Shown here: piece after piece, positions 49,635-58,995 of the stretch
Layout: the number at the start of each line of letters is the position of its first letter
Position numbering within the stretch: the first letter of the stretch is position 1
Origin: Isosphaeraceae bacterium
GTDB taxonomy: Bacteria > Planctomycetota > Planctomycetia > Isosphaerales > Isosphaeraceae
NCBI GenBank assembly: GCA_052146555.1
Contig: JBKQMU010000083.1
Span: 39,316 to 103,315 of the forward strand
Length of the DNA: 64,000 bases
Direction: 5' to 3'
The notes under the pieces: model-generated
Seen by the model: the letters and a program-made list of their open reading frames with translations, nothing else
Told to the model about the DNA's origin: nothing
The model's database searches: none
Program-made: the position numbers and the translations under genes

Positions 49635-50920
49635 GGCTGCTTCCCTGCGGTATTCACGTATGCAAAATCTGTACCTAGGGCGGTAGGTTTCGTTCCGATC
49701 GTGCCCGCACTTTTGATCGTGCCTGGCAGATCCGGAAAGAGCAACCGATAGAACTGCGCGTCGGCAGCCAGAGATCGGGCCAGTGCCAGAAAGAGGCGGC
49801 GGTGGCCCAGGGAATTGGGATGATCGTCCCAGGCGGCGATCTCAAGGCTCGCCGGGTCATAACGATCGAAGGTATCGCTTAAGTCGAAGACCGGCAGGGC
49901 CTGGCGACAGGCAATCGCCTTCAAGCGGGCGACCGGCTCGGCCCGGGCCAGGGGCGCGTCGGCCTTGCCGACCCGGGGAATGATCACGATCAAAAGCGGC
50001 ACGCCTGCGGCACGGCACTCTCCGGCGATGGCGCCCAGGGTGGCGTCGTAGAGCTCCCAGTAGCACGCTTTGAGTCTGGCCTTGATCAGCTCTTTGTGAA
50101 CCAGGCGGCCCTCGGCGTCGACCCGCAGCTCCTCCGGTCCGATTCCCGCGCGGGCCACCGTGCTTTTCAAGAACTCGTCGGTCGGCACGACCCCCTCTCG
50201 AAACACGTCGCAGAGGTGAATTTCCATCAGCCGCTGGTCCAGCATGGTCGCCGAGTACAGCACCAGGTCGGGGTGGAAGGCCATGGCCTTGCGGCGCAGG
50301 GTCTCGAGCCGCTGCAGCGGGCTGTAGGCCGCGACGGCGAAGTTGAGGACCTCAAACCGGCGCTTGGGCCCATAGCCAAGGCGTCGGGCGTGATCGCAGA
50401 GCCACTCCCCGAGCTGATGGCTATAGGTTTGCTCATAGGTGACGCCCCAGCCCATGTCCATCGAGGCACCGAGGACCGCGATCCGGAAGGTCCCCTTGGG
50501 CTTCTCGAGTGTGATCTCGGCCGAGTGCATCCCGTGCGAGTTGGTCACAAACGGCTGGCCGAAGAGGGTCTGGCGGATGTTCGGCAAAAGCTCGAACTGG
50601 AGGAAGTCGCCAGTCAGCCGGCGCGAGACCTTCGCGTCGTTGAACCGGACCCAGCCGTTGGGCTTGCCCAAAAGCCGTAGCGCCAGCTCGCCGCGCGCGC
50701 CTTCGGGACCCTCGCCGCCGCCGATGAGCCCCTCGTAGTAACCCGCGGCATGAATCTCGCGCTCGGCCCTATTGAGCTCGGGAGATCGGGCCGACGCGAT
50801 CACCGAGCGGAGGACTGGCCATCGCTCGGGCCAGGGGATGACGGCCACCGCCAGCAGCAAGAGGCTGCCGACGAGTGTGATCCGGGCCGACTGAACCGAG
50901 GTCGCCTGCGAGGTCGCCAT
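49631..50920 (-). CDS. SGNH/GDSL-fold protein (AlgJ/DltD-like) with N-terminal membrane anchor
   Basis: RIAVLGASMDMG, EVLNFAV, WDDHPN (D-x-H). Confidence 0.78.
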   Translation of the reverse strand: MATSQATSVQSARITLVGSLLLLAVAVIPWPERWPVLRSVIASARSPELNRAEREIHAAGYYEGLIGGGEGPEGARGELALRLLGKPNGWVRFNDAKVSRRLTGDFLQFELLPNIRQTLFGQPFVTNSHGMHSAEITLEKPKGTFRIAVLGASMDMGWGVTYEQTYSHQLGEWLCDHARRLGYGPKRRFEVLNFAVAAYSPLQRLETLRRKAMAFHPDLVLYSATMLDQRLMEIHLCDVFREGVVPTDEFLKSTVARAGIGPEELRVDAEGRLVHKELIKARLKACYWELYDATLGAIAGECRAAGVPLLIVIIPRVGKADAPLARAEPVARLKAIACRQALPVFDLSDTFDRYDPASLEIAAWDDHPNSLGHRRLFLALARSLAADAQFYRLLFPDLPGTIKSAGTIGTKPTALGTDFAYVNTAGKQP

Positions 50921-50938
50921 CGCGCCAGTGCTCCTCTG

Positions 50939-52558
50939 TCAGACTCCGCAGAGACCGCGGTGCAAGAGGCCAAACCACGACGAAAGGCTGGGGCTCGACC
51001 AGAGCGACCAGAGCAGGGCGATGGTCGTGAAGGTCGCCGCCGTCTTGAGCCCGCGAACCAAGAGCGGCCGTATCTGTAAGGCGCCGGCCGCCGGCTGCGG
51101 CTTGATCCGCCGGGCTCCGCGAGTACGGCTGCCCTTACGGCTGCCGCGGGCATCGAGCTGCACGTTCACGAGAACCAGCACCCCCAGCACGCCCCAGAAG
51201 AGCGCGTCTGGCAGCGAGAGCCCCCACGAGCCCCGCAGCCAGAACGACTGGTACGCGTGCAAGAGCCAGGTGGCCAGGAAGACGGCCAACGTGCCGGCCG
51301 CCAGGGCCGCCGGCTGCGGCCATCGCTTGAGCCGGAAAACGACCGGATTGAAGAAGAGCCGGACCATGAAGTCCTTCCAGTAGATGTTGATTCTGCGCCA
51401 GTAGTCGGTAAACCCGGTCGCCAGCAAGTAGCGGAGATGCGTCTCGGGAAGCTGGTAACCGAAGAGGTGCAGCATGCCGCAGGCCATGTGGAACTGCCCA
51501 GAGACGCGCAGGTAGAGCAGGTAATTGCAGACGAGATAGCCGGCCAAGCTCGACGCGCCGTGCACCTGCTCGGGCGTGATCAGAAGCTCGTGATAGACCA
51601 GTCGGTAGGCGATCAAGTGAAGCGTGCCGCGGAAGATCATCGCCAACCCCCGCCGCTGGATGGCGTGAACGTCGAGGGCGAAATAGCCGCGCTGCATCGT
51701 CCGGTAGTCGACGACCGGAAAATGCATGAAGCAGAAGTTCGGCAGCAGCAAGAAATATCCGGCGCCGTCCCAGAGCGTCTCGGGCCCTTTCGCATGCTTG
51801 ATTTCATACATATAAATCATCATGCGGAACATGAACATGCTGGCAAGGACCGGCCAGACGTTCACGGGTACCGACGAGAAGACGGCCTGGCTGCGCGCGG
51901 CGGCCAGCCCCGCGGCCAGGGCAGCCAGGAGAATGGCCCGGGCGGTCCACGAAAGGGGTAGGAAGCAGACCGACAGAAGGACCGCGGAGAGCCCCAGGAC
52001 GATCGTGGCCGCGAGCGTGCCGAAAACCCAGAAGAGTCCCGCGATCGACACGGCCAGAAACAGCGGCTTCTTCCAGCGGTAGGGAGCCAGATAGTGAACC
52101 GGCAGCGCCAGGAGTGCCAGGTTCGCGAGGCTGAGGAAAGCCCGGCCTTCGATCTGGTACCGCTTGAAGACGATGCACAAGAGACCGAGGCAGGCAAAGG
52201 ACCGCGCGAAGGGAATGAGCCGACGGCGGCAGGTCTCGGGCTCTCCGGGGTAAAGGCCCCAGTCGCGAGAGCCGCCAGGCGCGCTGCCCGCTTCCTGATG
52301 CGCGCGCAGCACGAACCGGCGGTGCGGCGCTTGCCGCGACTTCACCGTCTTTCCGACGTCTACCCCCATGAAGTGGTCCCTTCTCGGCTCCTCTCTTCGT
52401 GCCGCGTCAGCCAGGCAAAGACCAGGCGAACCGCTTCTCCGCGCCGGCTCGAACGAGCGGGCGATATTTGGTGGCTCGAACCAAAGGCGGCGGATGGTCG
52501 CAAGGACAGCGCCGGGAATGACGGGATCGCCGGAAGTGGGTGCCCCCTGCATCGGCAA
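50939..52558 (-). CDS. MBOAT family O-acyltransferase (DltB/AlgI-like); start uncertain
   Basis: LRVSGQFH, FTDYWRRINIYWKDFM, FLATWLLH; many TM helices. Confidence 0.85.
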   Translation of the reverse strand: MPMQGAPTSGDPVIPGAVLATIRRLWFEPPNIARSFEPARRSGSPGLCLADAARREEPRRDHFMGVDVGKTVKSRQAPHRRFVLRAHQEAGSAPGGSRDWGLYPGEPETCRRRLIPFARSFACLGLLCIVFKRYQIEGRAFLSLANLALLALPVHYLAPYRWKKPLFLAVSIAGLFWVFGTLAATIVLGLSAVLLSVCFLPLSWTARAILLAALAAGLAAARSQAVFSSVPVNVWPVLASMFMFRMMIYMYEIKHAKGPETLWDGAGYFLLLPNFCFMHFPVVDYRTMQRGYFALDVHAIQRRGLAMIFRGTLHLIAYRLVYHELLITPEQVHGASSLAGYLVCNYLLYLRVSGQFHMACGMLHLFGYQLPETHLRYLLATGFTDYWRRINIYWKDFMVRLFFNPVVFRLKRWPQPAALAAGTLAVFLATWLLHAYQSFWLRGSWGLSLPDALFWGVLGVLVLVNVQLDARGSRKGSRTRGARRIKPQPAAGALQIRPLLVRGLKTAATFTTIALLWSLWSSPSLSSWFGLLHRGLCGV

Positions 52559-53151
52559 GAGGGCGGGGACCAGCTCGTCCCTGAACTGGCGACCCCCGCT
52601 ACGGCCGCATCATCCCTGATACGCCTGTTAGCTCCGTGGAGGTCCCTGGATCCTGGAACCCCAGGTTCATGCTTCGGTAAAAATTTTTGGGTTGTGACCG
52701 GTGGGAAGGGCGTAAGAGCGGTTGTCGCTCCGTCGACACCGAGCCTCCGGTTCCTTGTGGGCTCGCTGTGCCGGGGTCTCCTTCCCATGGCAACGGCGAT
52801 TTAACCGAGAGCATCCGGGGCTGTCAACCCGACCGATCCGCGAAAGCCCCATTTTCATGCCCGGGTCTCCCCGGCCGCGGACCGATGCCACTCCGCTAAC
52901 CCTTTTCTTCGCAAGGAGCTTGCAACTCCTTTCGATTTTTTCCCTGGGCGAGCGGTCCACAAGGGGCGTGTGGGAACGACCCAGGCGGCGATCGCGCAAC
53001 GAGACAGCCCCGGTCCTCCAGGGCCGCGCACAAGCGCGTCTCGACTTGGTACAATCATGTCTCGACCTGGCTTGCTCTTCATGGTACCGTGGCCTGCTTA
53101 CAAGTTTCCGACCGGTCGGATCGGGCGGCCCGGCACTGATTCTGCAAGACG

Positions 53152-56100
53152 ATGGCCGATTCTGAATCCAAAGATCTAACCACGGTCCTTACCTCCCGCA
53201 GTCAGGCGCCTGTGCTGGCCTTGGTATTGATGCTGGCGGCGACGGCCGGTGCGCTGAATCTTGCGCAGGTCCCCCCCGCCGCGTCGCCCGCGCCCGGTCC
53301 CACGGCCCCCGCCGCGAATCCTTCTGCCCCAAGTGTCCCCCCATCGCCCGCAGCCGTCAGTCAGGATGCCCTTGAGGCGCTGGAACCGCTCTACCGTTTT
53401 CTCAACGTGGACCGCGTTCCGCGCTCGCTCGAGGAGCTAAGCGGGCTGCTCGAGGGATATCACGTCACGACTTTGATCGCCACGATTTCCGATCCCAAGG
53501 AATCGCGCCTGAGCTACGATTTCGACATGGGGCTAGAGGCCATCCAGCGGGCCATTGAGTCACAGGGCTACACGCTGGACCGGTTCCGGCTTCCCTGGTT
53601 GGAGGGGGACGCTGGCGGGCCGACCTCGGGCACCTCGGCGGCCGGAACGAGCTCCGCCGCCACGCTCGTGCGAGGGCGTCACCAGCGGCAGCCCGGCACC
53701 ATCCTCTTCCGGATCGATCGCAGTCCGCCTGCGGCCGGGCGGCCGGCCGCTGCGCAGGAGCTCTTGCTCCTCTTGATCGTCGGCGAGACGCCCACCTGGG
53801 GCATCCAGCAAGAAGCCTTCAAAACCAGCCTCGACATTGCCTGGACGATTGATTTCCAACGAAATTCAGGTGATGCGACGGGGAGCACGGCGATCAAGAT
53901 CGTGGCGCCGACGTTCTCGGGCTCGGGCGACTCGCTGGCGCGCACGCTCCGCACCTGGACGTCCAGCCAGGCCCAGCGCGCTAGCGCGCGGTTCTGGGTT
54001 TGCACAGGCGCAGCCACGGCCATCGACAAGCCTTGGTTCGAGAACAATGCGCGGCCGGCCCAGGTCATCTACGCCGCCACCGTGATTCCCGACGAGCTTC
54101 TCCTGCGTGCTTTGTACCGGTTCCTTGCTCGCCCGGCCGGCCGCCTCGATCCCTCGTCTCCGCTGCTGCCGAAAGGCAAGATCGCCTTGCTAGTGGAGGG
54201 AGGGTCCGGTTACGGGTCCGCAGTGGGGAACACTTACGGGACCAGCGGCACTTCGGATGAATCCAGAAGCATCATCTCCATCCCGTTTCCGTCCCAGATC
54301 GCTCAGGTTCGAGCCAGTACCTCGGCGGCCGATGCCACGGGCGGGTCGGCCAAGAATCGTCAAACGATTCCCTTCGATGCACCCCCCGGCCGCCAGAGCG
54401 ACAGCCTGCCGGCTCTCGCGCCCCGGATGACGGTCGCCACTGACAGTCTGATCCTCTCAAACATCTTGACGACGATCTCCAGCGAAGATATTCGCTACGT
54501 TGGCATCGTGGCGACCGACATCCTCGACGTGATCTACCTGACCCGGCTCATCCGCGAGAACTGCCCGGACGTGCAGATCATCCTGGTGGGCAACGACCTG
54601 CGTTATACCGACCCGCGCTTCACGCTCGATTTCCGGGGCACGGTCATCGCCTCGTCCTACCCGCTGGATGCGCGCGCCCAGATCTGGTCGTACCCCTTCC
54701 ACGGGGCGATCGAGCGCAGGCTCTTTGCCAACGAGTTCGACGTGGGCCGGTACAACGCCGCGCTCGTCCTGCTCAACGGCGTGCCCGATCCCAATCGAGC
54801 GGGACGGCTGGTCGTCGACGCGAGCCGGGCCGAAGACTTCCTGGTTTACGGCAAACCATTTTCAGCTACGACCTTCGATTCGGTCAATCGCCGCCCGCAA
54901 GTCTGGATCAACGAGGTCGGCCAGTTCAACGTCTGGCCTCTGAAGGTCCGCTCCCTGAGCAACTATGATCCCGCGCTGCGGGCCAAGGCCGAGGCCCTCA
55001 TCCCGCCCATCGAGAGCCTTAATCCTCAGGCCGAGTCGACTGATCGCCTTAGATTCTCGTATGACTATCCGCTTTTCTGGAAGATGATTTTCGCCGCCGG
55101 GACGTTCGTGACGCTCTTGCTGGTGGGGCTGGTGCTTTATACCAACTGGCGCCGCGCCGGTGCCGATCGAGGGCGATCAAGCTGGTTCGACCCCTTGCTG
55201 AGCCGGTTCGACTTGACCTACCCCGGCCGCTCAGGCAAGAGCCTATTGTTGATCACCCTCCTGGTCGTTGCCCTGGCGATTCCCTACAGCCTGCTGGCGA
55301 CGCCATTGGATATCGCCTTGCCGCCGGCGGTCACGGCCGAGGGCGAGCGGGACGCGACTCTCGTCGTGAGCTGGGATGTCTACGCGCTCTGCGGCACGGG
55401 CGTCTTCACCCTGGTCTCGCTTCTGCTTCCTCTGGGCATTTGCTTACGCGAGGTCTTTCGCAGCGGCCGGCGGTCGCGGCGCCGCGACCGCAGTCCGGCG
55501 GAGGACTTGCCGCTGGACCCCTGGCTGGTCGCCGAGGACATGACCCTCCGCGCGATGGTGGTCCTGACCGCGGCGACGGGCATCGCCTGTATCGTCTGGC
55601 GGCTTTACCAGTTCGCACTCTTGCGGCCGTCATTGCCCAACGACTGGCTGGCGCTGGATCGAAGTGCGCATTTGCTGGGCGGAATCTCGCCGATCATGCC
55701 GGTCTCCTGCCTCGGCGCAGCCATCTTCTGGTGGGCGTATCTCGAGCTCAAGAGAATGAATTCTTATCCCCTGCTGCGGCGGGGCACGGACTTGATCTGC
55801 GAAACCGGCATTGGCGGACTCGAATGCTCGACCTCGGACTCGACTTCACCCTCACCCTCGCCCTCGCCCTGGCACCCTCACCTTTGCCGGCTCAACGCCC
55901 GCTTTCGTCTCTGCGTCGATCTGCTCGAGTATCCGGTGACCGTCCTGCTCTCGAAGAACCTGCCCTTAGGCGGGCTCGTGGCCTTGGCCTTCCTGGGTCT
56001 GGTCGTGTTTGTCTGGGGGGTGGTCTGGCCTCGCTACATCCCCACGCCGGAAGGGAGCTGGTTCGACGTCCTGATCGTGGTTTCGCTTCTGGGCTATCTC

Positions 56101-56991
56101 TTGCTGCTACTCTACTCCCAGGTGCGCTATCTTTGGCTCGGCAGATCGCTCTTGCAACTCTTTCGGCAGCTTTCCCTGCTGCCGATGGACAGAACGTTCG
56201 ACCGCATCCCGCCGCGAGTTGTCGCGCGGTTCGGCCGGTTCCTGCGGACCTCGCTGCAGGACGACATCGACCTGGAGATTCCGCTGCAGCAGTGCCGCCT
56301 GGTTCTGGGACAGGGCGATTGTTCGGGGGCCGGCCGGCCCCCAATCCTAAAGACAGTCCACGCCACACTCGACGAGGTCGGTCCCCACACCGAGCAAGAG
56401 TTCTTCGAACTCGTATCAACGGCATGTGCCGCTCCGGTGATCGAGCGGGCCTGGCCCTGCCGCACCCTCGACCAGGCGTATGGTGGCGCGGCTGCTGCCG
56501 AGGCTCCGAAGCAGGACACAACTGCGACGCCGGATGGAAGCACTCCAGGCGAAACCGACCCGAGCGCCCCCTCCGGAGCGTGGCTGAACCTGGCCGAGGA
56601 ATTGATGGCGGTGCGGATCGTGTATCTCGTCAGCCAGTTCGCCGGCCCGCTGCGGAGCATGTCGGCTCAGCTCATCTACGGGCCAATCCTGCTGCTTCTG
56701 GCTGTGGCCTGGTATCCCTTCCACCCGATGTGGCTGATGTCGATCGTGATCTGGGTGTTCATCGGTGTAGGAGTCCTGGCGACCTTGGTGCTCTTGATTC
56801 AGATCGAGCGCAACGACTTCGTCAGCCGGGTCGCCCGTACCGCGCCCAATGCGCTGAAGCTTGATCAGACGTTTATATCCAACCTGTTGCCCTACGCCGT
56901 GCCCGCGGCTGGCTTCCTCCTCACCGCGTTTCCCTCGCTGAGCTACTGGATGGGCACGCTGCTGGAACCCATCGGCCGGGCGGTGAGGTGA
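53152..56991 (+). CDS. Large hypothetical membrane protein (exported alpha/beta region plus about 10 TM helices)
   Basis: Signal-like segment, about 600-aa globular region, then repeated hydrophobic segments; no family recognised with certainty. Confidence 0.8.
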   Translation: MADSESKDLTTVLTSRSQAPVLALVLMLAATAGALNLAQVPPAASPAPGPTAPAANPSAPSVPPSPAAVSQDALEALEPLYRFLNVDRVPRSLEELSGLLEGYHVTTLIATISDPKESRLSYDFDMGLEAIQRAIESQGYTLDRFRLPWLEGDAGGPTSGTSAAGTSSAATLVRGRHQRQPGTILFRIDRSPPAAGRPAAAQELLLLLIVGETPTWGIQQEAFKTSLDIAWTIDFQRNSGDATGSTAIKIVAPTFSGSGDSLARTLRTWTSSQAQRASARFWVCTGAATAIDKPWFENNARPAQVIYAATVIPDELLLRALYRFLARPAGRLDPSSPLLPKGKIALLVEGGSGYGSAVGNTYGTSGTSDESRSIISIPFPSQIAQVRASTSAADATGGSAKNRQTIPFDAPPGRQSDSLPALAPRMTVATDSLILSNILTTISSEDIRYVGIVATDILDVIYLTRLIRENCPDVQIILVGNDLRYTDPRFTLDFRGTVIASSYPLDARAQIWSYPFHGAIERRLFANEFDVGRYNAALVLLNGVPDPNRAGRLVVDASRAEDFLVYGKPFSATTFDSVNRRPQVWINEVGQFNVWPLKVRSLSNYDPALRAKAEALIPPIESLNPQAESTDRLRFSYDYPLFWKMIFAAGTFVTLLLVGLVLYTNWRRAGADRGRSSWFDPLLSRFDLTYPGRSGKSLLLITLLVVALAIPYSLLATPLDIALPPAVTAEGERDATLVVSWDVYALCGTGVFTLVSLLLPLGICLREVFRSGRRSRRRDRSPAEDLPLDPWLVAEDMTLRAMVVLTAATGIACIVWRLYQFALLRPSLPNDWLALDRSAHLLGGISPIMPVSCLGAAIFWWAYLELKRMNSYPLLRRGTDLICETGIGGLECSTSDSTSPSPSPSPWHPHLCRLNARFRLCVDLLEYPVTVLLSKNLPLGGLVALAFLGLVVFVWGVVWPRYIPTPEGSWFDVLIVVSLLGYLLLLLYSQVRYLWLGRSLLQLFRQLSLLPMDRTFDRIPPRVVARFGRFLRTSLQDDIDLEIPLQQCRLVLGQGDCSGAGRPPILKTVHATLDEVGPHTEQEFFELVSTACAAPVIERAWPCRTLDQAYGGAAAAEAPKQDTTATPDGSTPGETDPSAPSGAWLNLAEELMAVRIVYLVSQFAGPLRSMSAQLIYGPILLLLAVAWYPFHPMWLMSIVIWVFIGVGVLATLVLLIQIERNDFVSRVARTAPNALKLDQTFISNLLPYAVPAAGFLLTAFPSLSYWMGTLLEPIGRAVR

Positions 56992-57111
56992 CCGTTCCGA
57001 CGGCGAATCGAGACGGTTTTTCGTCAAGTCGATGGCCCCTGCCGGCCGATCGAACTTGATACGCGATTGACCGCGATAAGCTCGCATCCATCCGCTCTGA
57101 GGAGACTTCTC

Positions 57112-57654
57112 ATGATCAAGCAGCCGGGACAGTGGGAAACATGCATCCGGGTCTGGGCCTCGCTTGGCATCGTCTGCGCTATTGCTGGCGGCTCGGGCGG
57201 TACGGCGTTTGCCCAGGTGACCACCACCGCGCAGTTACTGCGCAAGAGCGGTCCTGAGCTGGACGACCTCTATCGCCTTGGAAGTGCCGTCGCCATTCCC
57301 CCCGGCCGGGTCCGCGGCACCGCCATTCTGGCGCCTGGAACCGGAAGGAACGGTCTCCTGGCTCTCGGGACGAGGGCGATCTGGCAGGGTAAGGTGATCG
57401 ATCCCGGCGGTTCCCTGGCGGTCAACCGATTTTTCGGGTTGCCGGTTGTTCGCGCAGCGGTCTATCAGGACCACAGCTGGTTTGACGGAGGTCCAGCCCT
57501 CATCCTGGATTACAGCCAGACCTCGCGAATCTATGCCCACAATCGGGACGAGATCCGCCAGATCGCACCGGGACTGTACCTGGGCCTCATGTACGCGCGG
57601 ACGGCTTCCCAGCCGACCCTGCGCATGTACTTTGTGCTTCAGACAATGCCCTGA
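57112..57654 (+). CDS. Conserved-looking hypothetical exported protein
   Basis: GAGGAG RBS; WQGKV, DGGPALILDY, RDEIRQIAPGLYLG. Confidence 0.7.
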   Translation: MIKQPGQWETCIRVWASLGIVCAIAGGSGGTAFAQVTTTAQLLRKSGPELDDLYRLGSAVAIPPGRVRGTAILAPGTGRNGLLALGTRAIWQGKVIDPGGSLAVNRFFGLPVVRAAVYQDHSWFDGGPALILDYSQTSRIYAHNRDEIRQIAPGLYLGLMYARTASQPTLRMYFVLQTMP

Positions 57655-57746
57655 GCCCCAGGCTTGGCCAGAACACGTTCAGCGCGCCGCTCCAACCCGG
57701 CCGATGCCGTGACCGGAGATCTCCAGACCGGCCGAAAACGCGCCGG

Positions 57747-57806
57747 GGCCATGCGGTCAAGCGCGGTGGCCATGCGGTCGAGCGCGGTGGCCATGCGGTC
57801 GAGTGG
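57747..57806. repeat. 21-bp tandem repeat, about 3 units
   Basis: GGCCATGCGGTC(A/G)AGCGCGGT between convergent genes. Confidence 0.85.
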
Positions 57807-57923
57807 TCGACGCGGCCACGGGAGGAAACCCGCGCCGACGGTGGGCCCTTTTCTTATCGCTCCGACGAAGCCAGCCCAGGGTAACGCCCTGGGGACTTTT
57901 CGCGGTAGCGCAAACGTAGACCG

Positions 57924-58754
57924 TCAGGTCCAGGGCCACCAGGCCAGGTAGCGTTCCCAGATCGTATCGAGCGTGGTCGCCGCTTTTTCGGAAATCCTGA
58001 CATCCACCAAGTCCGAGACTGTCGTTGGCTCCGGGTTGATCTCGACGGTGGGAATACCCATCGCCTGGCCCATACGGATCGGCTCGATGATATATTCGAA
58101 CAGGCTGCTGGTGCCTATGCTGAAGATCGCATCAAAGCCCAACCCAAACTCGTACCAGAGCCGCTCCAGCTTGTCTTGCGGGAGTTCTTCTCCAAAGAGA
58201 ACCACGCTGGGGCGTATCAAGCCTTCGCACGCCGGGCACCGCGGCGGCAGGCTCAACTGGGTGTAGTTCTCGACGGTGGACTGGCAACCGCATCTCATAC
58301 ATTGCAACTCGTGCAGGTTGCCATGCACGTCGAGAACGTTCCGGGAGCCTGCGAACTGATGCAGGCCGTCCACATTCTGGGTGAGAATCCAGACGTCGTC
58401 GAAATAGCGATCCATCTCCGCGATCACGTGATGGCCGCGATTAGGCATAGCCCCACGCGTTGAGCGCTCGAGCTCCAGCAAGTAGTGCCAGGTGATGTCG
58501 GGACGCAGCCTCAACATCGGCCCGGAAAGTGCCTGCTCGATGGACAACCCGTGCTGAGTTGACTGGTGAGCCCGATAGAGGCCGTCGCGGCCACGATACG
58601 TAGGAAGCCCCGAATCGGCAGACATTCCCGCGCCCGTGATGAACAACAAACGACGAGCCCGGCCCAAAACGTTGACAACACGGTCGATGCCACGATTGCT
58701 GTCCTGGGACAAGTCGGCGGTCGACAGAGGGCGATCAATCTGAGAAGATGACAT
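57924..58754 (-). CDS. cobB: Sir2-family NAD-dependent deacylase
   Basis: ITGAGMSADSGLPTYRG, TQNVDGLH, HG, two CxxC, GTS, EINPEPT. Confidence 0.93.
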   Translation of the reverse strand: MSSSQIDRPLSTADLSQDSNRGIDRVVNVLGRARRLLFITGAGMSADSGLPTYRGRDGLYRAHQSTQHGLSIEQALSGPMLRLRPDITWHYLLELERSTRGAMPNRGHHVIAEMDRYFDDVWILTQNVDGLHQFAGSRNVLDVHGNLHELQCMRCGCQSTVENYTQLSLPPRCPACEGLIRPSVVLFGEELPQDKLERLWYEFGLGFDAIFSIGTSSLFEYIIEPIRMGQAMGIPTVEINPEPTTVSDLVDVRISEKAATTLDTIWERYLAWWPWT

Positions 58755-58995
58755 GGTCACACTCACGGATGTGATCAAAGAGCACACGCCTTTGGCACGG
58801 AAAAGCGACCTTGCAACACAATGGTTATACCAAACTACCACGCGGTTTCACTAAAAAATTTCTGGATAGCCAAGTATTTCTAGAGGAACCGATTTCGCGG
58901 ACAGTGTTTGGATTGCTATGATCGGTTCTTCGGGGTAGGTTCTGGAGCACCCGGCAATTTGAGGAGAGAAGCCAGGCAATCCAGGGAGGATTGGG

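Noticed and set aside
57747-57806. 21-bp repeats as a CRISPR array
   Set aside because: Head-to-tail with no spacers, about 3 units, no cas genes.
57924-58754. Sirtuin as a defence SIR2 (ThsA/DSR-like) partner of the TIR gene
   Set aside because: Short, classical Zn-binding CobB type, 30 kb from the TIR gene, in a housekeeping-like context.
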